Position numbers and translations under genes: made by a program. Shown here in pieces: positions 25,294 to 37,065 of a DNA stretch of 64,000 nt. The number at the start of each line of letters is the position of its first letter. Position 1 is the first letter of the stretch. The stretch spans positions 113,956,001-114,020,000 of the forward strand of contig OX597818.1 of NCBI GenBank assembly GCA_951406725.2, in the 5' to 3' direction. The notes under the pieces are model-generated. The model was not told the DNA's origin. It made no database searches and saw nothing but the letters and a program-made list of their open reading frames with translations. This DNA comes from Octopus vulgaris. Taxonomy: Eukaryota.

Positions 25294-26644
25294 CACCGCG
25301 CAATGGGAGAAGATGAGATTTTTAGGCGGCAGAAAGAAAGACAGGATTTGAGATGGAATGCTTTGCGATCGTGTGCATAAGTTTCTATGAGTGGAAGTTG
25401 GGAAAAGATGGGTTAGAGAATTTAGCGACAGAAAGAAAGACCAAATTTGAGACGAGATGTTTTTGCGAAGGAAAGTTTATATGCTTCAGCTAGCATTTGA
25501 GACGAAAGACAACGATAACGCCAATATATGGGGAAACAATAATAATAAGAAGGCTTGATGGTGATGATGATACTTGCAAAAACAATGAAAAGAAGGAACA
25601 GGACTTAGCTGATATTTTTCATCCTGCGTATTGGCTAAGCCTGTGGAAGCGAGTGAAGGCGAGATATATATACAGAGAGAGAGAGAGACAGTGATAACAG
25701 AGGGAGAAACCGACACCACATAGCGAGAGAGAGAGAGCGAGAGAGAGAGAGAGAGAGAGAGAGACATAGTGATAACAGAGGGACAAAACGACACCGCGCA
25801 ATGGGAGAAGATGAGATTTTTAGGCGGCAGAAAGAAAGACAGGATTTGAGATGGAATGCTTTGCGATCGTGTGCATAAGTTTCTATGAGTGGAAGTTGGG
25901 AAAAGATGGGTTAGAGAATTTAGCGACAGAAAGAAAGACCAAATTTGAGACGAGATGTTTTTGCGAAGTTTTTGTGAATGAAAGTTTATAAGCTTCAGCT
26001 AGCATTTGAGACGAAAGACAACGATAACGCCAATATATGGGGAAACAATAATAATAAGAAGGCTTGATGGTGATGATGATACTTGCAAAAACAATGAAAA
26101 GAAGGAACAGGACTTAGCTGATATTTTTCATCCTGCGTATTGGCTAAGCCTGTGGAAGCGAGTGAAGGCGAGATATATATACAGAGAGAGAGAGAGACAG
26201 TGATAACAGAGGGAGAAACCGACACCACATAGCGCGAGAGAGAGAGAGCGAGAGAGAGAGAGAGAGACATAGTGATAACAGAGGGACAAAACGACACCGC
26301 GCAATGGGAGAAGATGAGATTTTTAGGCGGCAGAAAGAAAGACAGGATTTGAGATGGAATGCTTTGCGATCGTGTGCATAAGTTTCTATGAGTGGAAGTT
26401 GGGAAAAGATGGGTTAGAGAATTTAGCGACAGAAAGAAAGACCAAATTTGAGACGAGATGTTTTTGCGAAGTTTTTGTGAATGAAAGTTTATATGCTTCA
26501 GCTAGCATTTGAGACGAAAGACAACGATAACGCCAATATATGGGGAAACAATAATAATAAGAAGGCTTGATGGTGATGATGATACTTGCAAAAACAATGA
26601 AAAGAAGGAACAGGACTTAGCTGATATTTTTCATCCTGCGTATT
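25294..26644. repeat. Tandem array of ~500-bp units (starts 25294, 25792, 26295; ~2.7 copies)
   Basis: Each unit starts caccgcgcaatgggagaag; units near-identical apart from (AG)n length and an 11-bp deletion in unit 1. Confidence 0.95.
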
Positions 26645-26696
26645 AATGCGCATTATTTACAGTGGCCAGATAGGTGTCCTCACCTTGTTTGTTGTT

Positions 26697-26742
26697 ACCA
26701 CTACGTTTCGGCTGATATACTTTCCAGCCTTTATCAGGTGTT
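26697..26742 (-). ncRNA. Minimal type I hammerhead motif (G8A, probably inactive)
   Basis: Minus strand: aaCAC CTGATAA A GGCTG gaaagtatat CAGCC GAAAC GTA^ GTGgt. Confidence 0.6.
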
Positions 26743-27276
26743 CCAGTGGAATTTTGAACCCAATCCTTAAGCGTACTCTACCATAACAACCACATCATCT
26801 GTGTATAAAAGTCATCCCAAACAAAGAATCCTAAGCTCTTGTTACAGCATTAAAGGAATATTTATTAATAGAAAGCTAGAATAGGGCATTTATGGACACT
26901 TCCTTCATCATCACTATTGTTGTTTAACGTCTGTTTTTCATGCTGGCATGGGTTGGGCAGTTTGACAGGAGATGGCAAACTGGAGGATTGTGCCTAGCTC
27001 AAATTGTCTGTTTTGGCATGGTTTTTATGGCTGGATGCCCTTCCTAACACAAACCAGAGTATACTGGATGCTTTATATGTAGCACTAGCACAAGTGCTTT
27101 TTATGTAGTGTCAGTATAGGTGCTCTTTATGTGGCATCAGCATGGGTATTTTTATGTGGTGTCAGATTGGGTGCTTTTTTTACGTGGTGCCAACATGAGT
27201 ACTTTTTACATGGCATCAGACCCAGTGCTTTTTATGTGGCACCAACACAGGTGCTTTTTGCATGGTGCCAGCTTAC

Positions 27277-27650
27277 ATCATCATCATCATCATCATTTAG
27301 CGTCCGTTCTCCATGCTAGCATCGGTTGGACGGTTCAACTGGGGTCTGTGAAGCTGGAAGGCTTCATCAGGCCCAGTCAGATCTGGCAGTGTTTCTACAG
27401 CTGGATGCCCTTCCTAACGCCAACCAATCCGTGAGTGTAGTGGGTGCTTTTTACGTGCCACACACACAGGTGCCAGACAGAGCTGGCAAATGGCCACGAA
27501 TGGATGGTGCTTTTACGTGTCACCGGCACGGGGCCAGGCGAGGCTGGCAACGGACACGAACGGATGGTGCTTTTACGTGCCACCAACATGGGGACCAGAC
27601 AGAGCTGGCAAATGGCCACGAAACGGATGGTGCTTTTACGTGTCACCATC
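27277..27650 (-). mobile_element. RTE 3'-end derived SINE-like repeat with internal ~60-bp tandem units
   Basis: (CAT)n tail, ctggatgcccttcctaacgccaacc motif, repeated gatggtgcttttacgtg; related copies at 500-810, 21930-22118, 33343-33694, 48754-49335, 57390-57701. Confidence 0.8.
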
Positions 27651-27886
27651 CGTATATGTTTTTCTAAATGTCCCTCTAAATTTGTGGCTCATCCTAACCT
27701 TTCCCTTGCATGTGGTTTTTATCATTCTCATGAGCCATTAATCAATTTTTTTTTAGCACACACAAAACCACAGAGCAAAAAAAAAAGACTAAGAGCGTAA
27801 ATGGCTTTATCCTGATCAACGAACGGAAGATAAGATTGTCCTTTGCTATGAACTTTGTTGTCCCACTATATATATATATATATATA

Positions 27887-28282
27887 TCTTTATATATAAA
27901 AGTAAAGTTGCGTGTCTGTCTCCTACGATTTAGATTCCTAACTACTCCCACATTTTGCGGTGCAGTTTAACCAAAAGCGTGTATCTTATAGTTGTGATTC
28001 ATATCGAGCCCTTCTGGGTATTAGCGCGCGTGTACGATGAGTCTATGATTTTAAAAAAAAATTACCATCATTTTTTTCCATTTTTAATGCATTTTTTGCT
28101 ATTATATAAGGGAAGTAGCTCTCTAAAAATGTCTACGATGAGTCTACGATTAAAAAAAAAATTACCATAATTTTTTTCCATTTTTAATGCATTTTTGGCT
28201 ATTATATAAGGGAAGTAACTCTAAAAATGCTTATATAGTTATTTCCCTTACAAACCCGAGCAATGCCGGCTGATACTGCTAG
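27887..28282 (+). mobile_element. Non-autonomous Helitron
   Basis: 5' TC, 3' CTAG inserted between A and T in a (TA)n tract; subterminal hairpin-like cccgagcaatgccgg; internal ~100-bp tandem duplication. Confidence 0.75.
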
Positions 28283-28315
<33 letters not shown>

Positions 28316-28392
28316 AAACTGAAACTATCGCGTTCAGTTTAACTGCGTTCTGAATTATTTTCATGAAAAATGTCTAACTACTCATGGCTATA

Positions 28393-28877
28393 CGATAATC
28401 CCTCAACTGTCACAAGTGTTACGTTCCAAAACCCACTACGATAGGTGAAAATCCACAAAGTAAAAACAATACTACATATTTTAAAAAATCATTTTTATGA
28501 TTTGTATATATTTATTTTATTATAAATGCAAAACACCACACCACACACTCGCCTCCCGAGTTTCATTTTCCATACAATATGTGTGATTCTTTGTTTACTC
28601 ATCTATGGTACACTAGGTATTTTCTTTTAATACATTTTAATTAATGTGTTATATAGTGCAGTACTGTACTGTATTTTTATTTATTGATTTTTAGGCATGA
28701 AAATGCTTATTTTACCACAGAAATAATTACAATCTAAAAAAATATAAATACCTATTGGCCGCAAAAACCCGTGATATACTGAGGAGTCTGCAATATAACT
28801 TTACATATATTATCCAGAAAAATCTGTGATGTACTGAGGGCACGATAGGTGAACTGCGATATGGCAAGTGATTTCGG
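28393..28877. mobile_element. Tigger-like MITE (longer copy)
   Basis: Left end homologous to 23860; decayed right TIR followed by TA. Confidence 0.6.
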
Positions 28878-30254
28878 TATTCCTTTTACTTTTGAAGATT
28901 ATTGATCCATCTTTATCATTGTAGTTAATCTCTTTCTGCAGAGAGGCTGTTTGCTTGTTAGTGCAACCATTTAATTTATCATGAACTTGCTTGCATCATA
29001 AAGTTGGGTTTAATAGCAATAATTGTTATAATATTTAGCTATTGTCTTGTCGTAAATATGCTATAAAACTGGAGATGAGATATAACAAGCTTTGGCAGTT
29101 TTTGATGAATGCCTGTCATGGAGTATTTATGAATAAAATACTTCATATTTAAACAAGGGTTGTGTTTTGACATGCCACCTACAGTGCTTTCTGGTAGGTG
29201 GGCAATCTTTACATGACCAGAGATGTGCTACATAGGCTGTCATTTCTCACTTTATTAGTGTGGTGAATTCTCTGGAGGTGACTTATTCAAAGCATAGATA
29301 ATGACATAGATATTAAGCTTAAAGCTTAGCCATCACATGCTAGTATGATATGACCGGGTAGCTTGTACCATGTTTTGCTGAGTATTTGAAACTGTTATTG
29401 TTGTTGCTATTGGTATTATTTTTATTACTATTCTTATTATTGGTACTTTTATGATTAATGCGATGAGCTGGCAGAATTGTTAGCATCCTTGACAAAATGC
29501 TGCTAAGCATTTCATCTGTTTTTATGTTCTGAATTCAAATTCCTCTGTGGTCAAGTTTGCCTTTCATCCTTTAAGGGTTGATAAATTAAGCACCAGTGAA
29601 ACACTGGGTTTGATGTAATCAACTGGTCCCCTCTCCCCAAATTTCAGGCCTTGTACCATTATGTTCTGTTTTCAAATTCTACCAAGAGTAATTTTGCCTT
29701 TCATTCTTTTGAGGTTGATGGGAAAAGTACCAGTTAAGCACTGGGGTTGATAAAATCGACTAATCCTCCTCCCATCAAATTTCAGGTCTTGTACCTATAC
29801 TAGAAAGGATGACTATCATCATCATCATCATCATTGATATAAAGAGAGTAGAGGGAAGATAGAAGCAGTAAATTGACAGAGCTCTTAAACTGCTTTGTAT
29901 TACTGGCCATTAAGTTTTCTGGAAAAAAAAAAGTAAAAATAGTCTGTGTTTTTTAATATTTACTTTAGTCCATTCTGATTTCTTCAACTTTTTTAGACTT
30001 GATAAAATACTTGTAAATTGTATATTTGCACAGATCTTCTAGCTCAAATCCCTCACCTGTAAAGAAGAGTGGAAATTGATTTAGTCAGTTAAGTAGACTG
30101 GAACAATTTAAAAGCTTATGACCCTGCATGTGGTCAGTAGTCGAGTATCTAAACCTGCTAGCATTCACATTAATCTGTTAAATGTAATGTTTATTTATTC
30201 ACGTTGTTTTGAAGTAATTGTGCATTATCTCATAGCCTTGAGATTTCAATGGGT

Positions 30255-30890
30255 GATGGGTCTGGACGAGGACAGTGATGTGTAGGGACGAGGACTGCTG
30301 TTTGAAGAAGTACCACACTCTAATGGTGGAGGTAACCTGTGGAAGAGGTAGACTTATGAAGACATGGGATGAGGTGGTGAAGCATAATCTTTGAATGCTG
30401 GGCCTCTTGGAGGCAATGACAAGTGACAGACCTTTGGTGATATGTCATGTTTGAGAAAACCTGCTGAACTGAGGTCGTAATCATGGCTGATGCCAGTTCA
30501 TGTAACTGCCATGTAAAAAGTGTTCCTTGAATTCTTGGCGATATGATGTGCTTCAGAAGACCTATCAAGCCAAGGCTGATGCTAGTGTTGTGACTGGCAC
30601 ATGAAAAGCACTATTCAAACATTGGGCATCACAGAGGCAGTGACAGGTGACTGAGACCTTTGGTGATATACCGAGCTTGGGAAGACCTGTCAAGCCAAGT
30701 AAGGTCATAGTTGTGGCATGTATCAAGCAACCACTACACTCTTGGAGCAGTTGGTGTTAGGAAGGGCATCCAGCTGTAAAACCCATACCAAATCAGATTG
30801 GTACCTGGTGTAGCTCCCCAGCTTATCAGTTTTCAGTCAAACCATCCAACCTATGCCAGCATGGAAAACGGATAATAATGATGATTATGA
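30255..30890 (+). mobile_element. RTE LINE 3' fragment
   Basis: acctgtggaagaggtagac (TCGRGR) C-terminus plus 3'UTR as in 14520-15123. Confidence 0.8.
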
Positions 30891-31580
30891 TTGTTTATTA
30901 GCAGAATGACATTGCAGGGTAGGTTTGAGAGGCTGGATCTGGCCACTTTGTACATAAAACAAATAGAATACTTTGGCTGGGTATGGCTGGTTCAAATGTT
31001 AAAAGATTAATATCCCGGACATTGTGCTCCATGGTTTACAGTTGGCGATTGAACTTCTGTTTACAAAGTTTAGGCCAAAAATTTTATTTTGTAATTTTTT
31101 TGTCATATTCTACCCCTTCTCTAGATAAGCCTCAATACATCTCCAACACCATCTATTTTCTCTCTCACCCTCACTGTCTTTCTGTATTTTTCTGACTCTA
31201 TCTCCTTCTAACCCTCTTTTATACTTTAACCTCTCACCTGGCTCACAGCCACTTCCCTCTATTCCACTCTGTCTCTCAGCTTAGAAGCTATTTGGTGACC
31301 CCATTGGTGCGACATAAAAAGCACCCAGTAACACATAAAGTAGTTGGTGTTAAGAGGGTCATCCAGCCATAGAAACCATGCCAAAACAGACAATTGGAGC
31401 CTGGTGTAGCTCTCTGCTTGCCAACTCCTGTCGAACCAGCATGGAGAATGGACATTAAATGCTGATGAGAATGATTCAGCAGCTTGCTGAAGCTTCTAAA
31501 ATCATGCATCTAAGTAATAAATATTTCTCTCATCCCAGTATATGTATAGTCTTGATTAAGTAAAATGTTGCATCTAATAA

Positions 31581-32200
31581 CAACTTAGTCTTAATGTAAA
31601 GTATAAAAGCCATCTCAACATGGCTAACCACAAAGTAGGGGGGTGTTACTGTAGCTATTTAGCCCCAGGAGATCGACGTCTCCAGCTGGCTTTAGACACA
31701 CTTTCTGTGCCCTTCAAGTATTTGCAAAGGGAAGCCATCCCTTCCTCGTAAGCCTTAGTGATATGCACCGGACCGCAGTTTCGAGATTATTGTCTCTTAT
31801 CAACATCTCGCTCTGAGATTTAATAATGCTTACAGTCAGTTTTTCGAAATCAGTGGCAGACGTCACTAGAAAAACTCTTATATATTTGCAAAGCAAGTCT
31901 TGCCTTTCATCGTGACCTGGTGGTTACCGCCCGTTGATAAGAGACAATAATCTCGAAACCTCGGTCTGGTGCGTATCACTAAGGCTTACGAGGAAGGGAT
32001 GGCTTCCCTTTGCAAATACCTGAAGGGCACAGAAAGTGTGTCTAAAGCCAGCTGGAGACGTCGATCTCCTGGGGCTAAATAGCTACAGTAACACCCCCAC
32101 TTTGTGGTTAGTCATGTTGAGATGGCTTTTATACTTTACGTTGTTGAGCGGTTACTGTTTACATCTCGCTCTGAGATTTAATAATGCCAACTTAGTTTTA
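31581..32200 (+). mobile_element. Hammerhead-ribozyme-bearing retrozyme/Penelope-pLTR-like element with inverted arm and 13-bp TSD
   Basis: TSD caacttagt(c/t)tta at 31581-31593 and 32188-32200; inverted arms 31593-31804 / 31933-32142; 27-bp direct repeat 31803-31829 / 32161-32187. Confidence 0.8.
31928..31973 (+). ncRNA. Type I hammerhead ribozyme motif (U3-A8 variant core)
   Basis: cgc-ccg TTGATAA GAGA caataa TCTC GAAAC ctcg GTC^ tggtgcg; stems I, II and III all form; predicted cleavage after C31966. Confidence 0.7.
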
Positions 32201-32284
32201 GTTTTCTATATAAATAATATTTAGTTTCTTTGATTTCATTGTTGCAATGAAATTTTCTAACTTTGTTTTGTTGTTTTGAAACAG

Positions 32285-32338
32285 GGAATTCGGTAATATT
32301 GTTCACGTGTTGGATCTACTTTTAATCCTGTGGCCAAG
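32285..32338 (+). other. Probable non-coding 5'UTR exon of the USP36/42 gene
   Basis: T-rich tract + acag acceptor, AAG|gtaaat donor; in-frame TAA relative to the ATG if spliced to 35464; no transcript evidence. Confidence 0.45.
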
Positions 32339-34227
32339 GTAAATGTTTCTGTTTTTGAACCATTCTTTTTTTCTCTGTTTTCATCGTTTGGACACTTGAT
32401 CTGCTGAACATATTCATTAGAGTTCCACGAACCTTACTGCTAACTAGTATCCCATGATAGGTTGTTCATTAGATTTTGGGCCAGGATAGTCAACCTTTAA
32501 TCACCTTATTTACACAATGCTGTGATATTCTACTTCTAATATCTCTTTTATATAAAATAAATTGTTTTATTCAAAGTTGTCTCTGGTTCCATTGGTAGAA
32601 ACTTTCTACACTGTTGTTATTCTATCTGGTTTTGGAGTTCAGAAATTTCCCTTACTACACTGTATCATGCCATGCATTTATGTGGAAGATTTTTAAATAC
32701 TTTATTTAATATGAGATCTTATCATTGTCTGAAGGCATTTAACTCTGTGTCTTAGTCCACCTAATTTTTTTTTTTTTTTGGTATCTCAAAATGAAAAAAG
32801 CAGTATTGTTTTTTTGATGTTAGTGGATTTTGCTAAATTTCTTCTGATGATGGGAAGTTCTTCAGAGTTTTCACCAGATTATTTTCCAAACGTTGTTCTG
32901 ATGTAGTTTTGCATGCTAATAATGAAAGTCACATTAATTTTTTTCCAGTAATTGATAATAAAAAAAGTTACATGCATCTAAATTTATGTAATTTTAGCTA
33001 ATTGAAGCCTTGATTGCCGAATATAGAAAAGTTGTGGCTCTTTGTTCACATGGGAACAGCACACATGAAACCATTGTATGATCTCTCGACCTGCTAGAAA
33101 TAAGACAAATCTTCCTTAAACTACACAATAATATCTTGAGAACAAAGACAACACATGATGCCACCTCTAAATTAAAGTCAATCTCAAAGGATGTAACTTT
33201 TTGTCAAACTCACAAAACTTAAAACACTTAGTATGCCCCACAAATTGGTTTTAAATCTACTTCTCCTTATAAAATTGTAAACAAAGTGTAAAAGTAAAGG
33301 TAGCAGTGGTGGTGGAAAGAGTTGGTTTTCAGTGTTGTTTGTCATCGTTTAATGTCCGCTTTCCATGCTAGCATGGGTTGGACGATTTTGACAGAGGGCT
33401 GGCAAACCAGATGGCTGCACCAGGCTCCAATCTTGATCTGGCAGAGTTTCTACAGCTGGATGCCCTTCCTAATGCCAACCACTCTGAGAGTGTAGTGGGT
33501 GCTTTTTACATGCCACCGGCACGGGGGCCAGTCAGGAGTACTGGCAATGACCTCGCTCAAATCTTTTTACACATGCCACCGGCATAGGTGCCAGTAAGGC
33601 TACGCTGGTAACGATCACGCTCGAATGGTGCCCTTTTAAGTACCACCGGCACGGAAGCCAGTTGGCTGCTCTGGCAACGATCATGCTCGAATGGAAAACA
33701 ATTACGAGCTTGCCAGGATCATTGTTGTTAAATGAATTTGTAGTGTTGATGATGATGGTATTGATGGTATTCATAAGGAAAGAGAAAGCACATTTAATAT
33801 CGAACTGTGGGACCCAGTAAGTGTTTCAAGGGTTGTGAATTCAATAAAAGGTTATTTCTGTGGAGATTGACTTTAATTTTGATGTTATTAACAACATTCA
33901 ATAAGTGGAAACCATTTAGGCCTGCCTCAGATGAGTTAATAAGTGCTGCATGGCACAATGTGTCATCCTTTTCTTTTTGTTTTTAGATGTTATGTCAAAG
34001 CACTATTAAAATTGTAGTGTATGGTAGTGATGTTCATGAGGAGAAAAGAACCACATAGCAAACAAACATTCAAAGGGCACACATGCTGTGTGTTTAGCTT
34101 GACCTGTTAGTTGGCAAATCTCCTGTCATGTTAAAAGAAGGGCACATTGGATAATAAAGGATCAGATGATCAAGCCTTGGGATCAGGGCTGGCCTATAGT
34201 TAAACCATAATAACACACATGCAAGTA

Positions 34228-35297
34228 CCGTAAAATCCCATGTAATTTGTGTACCTGTGTAATTTATGCAGGTGACTTTCAGGATAAAATTTGTTAAAAA
34301 AAAACTTCTACTCATGTAAAATTCGCACCTAAGTTTTCAGAATTGCTGATACGGCCAGGGAAAAAAGGTTTTCAATTTAGTTGTATTTAGTATAATTTTA
34401 CTTGCTTTTGATTAGATTTTATTAAATTTTCATTAAACAAAAATAATTTCTCTTTAACAGGTGTTACATTGAAAGGTATTAAATTACAAAGTATTTGTAT
34501 TGTTTATAATAAACTTTATTTTACATTTCTTGCCCACAAGAGATTATGTCCAATCTTTAGCATACTGCTGTATGTCTTCTCAAATCACGATCACAGGAAA
34601 AGTTGTTAATTACCAACAAAGCTGATAAATACCCACAGGTGTTGCAAATTAAGTTTAATTACCCATAAACATCAGCTTGGATGACACTTTACTCAACCGA
34701 CAGAAGAAGGTGATCAATCAAGCTGATTATGTAAACAGAATTATTTTCTACCTATTCTTGTTGGAACCTTTGATATGGAGTTTTAAAACTTTAATCCCTT
34801 TCATAGTTAGAAAATGTCAAGAAAACTTTAAAATTTGTCATTGCATTTATTGTTAATATGGGCAGAACTTACAAATCGTTTATTGCGAAGCAGAGATTAA
34901 ATATGTGCTACATTGCGATAGGTAGAAACTCCAAGCAAAGTAAAATATGGCCCGGACTGAGTTTGCTAGCATGAATGTCAGACTTCAAAAAGTAGTTAAC
35001 CATTTAATGGTTTTAGTAAATTTATACAGAAAAAGTAAGCATTATACCGTCCAGCATAAATAAAAGTCAACTTCACTATGTGTATAAAGCATTATTTTTT
35101 TCTGTAAAAACCTATTCTGACATTAAATGAGCCAACTTCCAATATGAATGCTTATGTTCTGTATGTCTTTTTTCAATGAAAATCTTTCAAAAAAAAAAAA
35201 AAATTCTGGAAACTATCTACTCATGTAATTTATACACCCCCTAAAGTTTATTTATTTTTTTTGTGAAAAAATGTGTAAATTACATGGTTTTTTACGG
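34228..35297. mobile_element. pogo/Tc1-mariner-type non-autonomous element
   Basis: TA|CCGTAAAATCCCATGTAATTT ... AAATTACATGGTTTTTTACGG; left end also matches 13352-13447. Confidence 0.75.
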
Positions 35298-35475
35298 TGA
35301 CTGATTTTGATGTCCAGCCTAGAGTATTTGAAAATGTGTGTAAAATAAGTTGAGGAACTAAATTAACCAGACTGTAATTGCAGTAATAACTAAGCTACTA
35401 TTAATCAATTGTTACTTTTACTTGATTTACACTCACACATATATTTTTTCTTTCTTCCCACAGGACGCCAGTGCT

Positions 35476-35755
35476 ATGCCTGCCCAGTCCTCTGAGAATA
35501 TAACTGCAGTTGAAGAGGCAGTGTTTTCTTCTGTGGCTGGCACGGACAAACTTCACCATAAGTTGGCATCACTCTCTCAAAAAGTTCTCTTCAGTAGTAT
35601 TGAATTCCAGCCTGCTCGAAAGGCACTCAATCTTCAGCAAGATACACTCAAATCCAAATATATAGTCTTGAATACTATTAGACCCGATAAAACCCTGGCT
35701 ATTTCAGCTTCTGCATCTTCTAACAAAAATTCACAAACAGAGAATGAAGAAAATG
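35476..35755 (+). CDS. USP36: USP36/USP42-family ubiquitin-specific protease, coding exon 1 (exon begins 35464, ATG 35476)
   Basis: Polypyrimidine tract + cag acceptor at 35461-35463; MPAQSSE...KVLFSSIEFQPA...LKSKYIVLN resembles the USP36 N-terminus (KVL..IEF.PA...LKSKY..LN); donor g|gtaag at 35756, phase 1. Confidence 0.85.
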
Positions 35756-35992
35756 GTAAGTTTGGTGGTATTCTTTTCGGGTGTTATTTTTCTTTAAAGT
35801 TCATTTTTTAATAATTTTTCATTGATGGAGTGTAGAACAAAATGCTTTGCAATATGTTGTTGTTCTTTATTTAAGTTTAAAATTTTCTTTGGGTTTATTG
35901 TTTTATCCTTCCTTAATCTATGAAATTATATCAAACATGCATTGATGTAATCAACTGTTCTTTTCTTCGAAATTTATGGCCTTATGCCTATC

Positions 35993-36376
35993 TCTCTTTT
36001 TACTCTTTTACTTGTTTCAGTCATTTGACTGCGGCCATGCTGGAGCACCACCTTTAGTCGAGCAAATCGACCCCGGGACTTATTCTTTGTAAGACCAGTA
36101 CTTATTCTATCGGTCTCTTTTGCCGAACCGCTAAGTGACGGGGACGTAAACACACCAGCATCGGTTGTCAAGCAATGCTAGGGGGACAAACACAGACACA
36201 CATACACTTATATATACATATATACGACGGGCTTCTTTCAGTTTCCGTCTACCAAATCTACTCACAAGGCATTGATCGGCCCGGGGCTATAGCAGAAGAC
36301 ACTTGCCCAAGATGCCACGCAGTGGGACTGAACCCGGAACCATGTGGTTGGTTAGCAAGCTACTTACCACACAGCC
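35993..36376 (-). mobile_element. tRNA-derived SINE family A (young, CpG-rich)
   Basis: Near-identical reverse complement of 7641-8027. Confidence 0.9.
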
Positions 36377-37065
36377 TCATCATCATTTATATATTTAAAA
36401 AAAAAAAAAATTCTCTTTCATAATTTCTAATTCTTTCAGAAAGATGTTTTCATCGGCTGAGATAGAAATGTCTGTAAAGAACTTATTTTTTTTCCTTAGT
36501 CTTTCATCCAGGGTCAATAAAATATCTCACAGTTAAGAACTGAGGTTAATGTAACAAACCATATCCTTCCCTAAATGATGACAATTATTTTTGCTAGAAA
36601 GCATCCTCATCATTTTTATGAAACTTATATGTATGGAAGCCATATGGACCACAGATTGCAAGGGAAACTGATTTCCCCAAATGTCCCAGTGGCTTTCTGG
36701 AAGTCGTAGGTAATTTTGGAAAGCGGACATTAAATGATGATGATGATTAGAGCAGTGGAATAGCAGACTCTATAGTTGTTCTTTTACATTTTGATACCAA
36801 ATTTCTTTGCCTCTTATCCTTCTGGAGTTGAATTTGTACTAATGAGAGGAAACCAGGCTTGATGTTTTACAAAGTATACGACTGTGTTGAAACTATGTCA
36901 GGATACTTTTTTTGCCTTCATTCAAATAAGTACCTGTATTATAGTAGTAACAGTTTGACTGTACACATCTAACAAGTACATTATACTTCAGCCTAAGAAA
37001 TTATTATTGTTGTTTCTAAAAGAAAATACTTGGCAGAATATGTTTTTCATATTTTTTATTTTCAG

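Larger units (their letters stand above)
24175..26644 (-). mobile_element. Young composite non-autonomous retroelement: ~500-bp tandem array + (GGTATT/GGT)n + G-rich spacer + RTE-type 3' tail
   Basis: Minus-strand 3' end ...GACGTTAAAC(GAT)n like the RTE tails elsewhere in the window; CpG-rich; boundaries defined by the interrupted host element. Confidence 0.6.
24143..26766 (-). mobile_element. Penelope-pLTR-like HHR element (24143-24174 + 26645-26766) split by a 2.47-kb insertion
   Basis: The two halves join to match the reverse complement of the uninterrupted related copy at 59160-59320. Confidence 0.7.

Noticed and set aside
24775-25380. Five overlapping long ORFs (poly-G/I, W/Y, V/L, P, H/Q)
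   Set aside because: All are translations of the GGTATT(GGT)n simple repeat; no splice context or domain
25486-26297. Duplicated 65-102 aa ORFs suggesting tandem genes
   Set aside because: By-products of the 500-bp tandem repeat and (AG)n tracts
27060-27650. Regularly spaced gtgctttttacgtg motifs resembling a CRISPR array
   Set aside because: Eukaryotic context, spacers are themselves similar, and the motif is the tandem unit of the RTE 3'UTR
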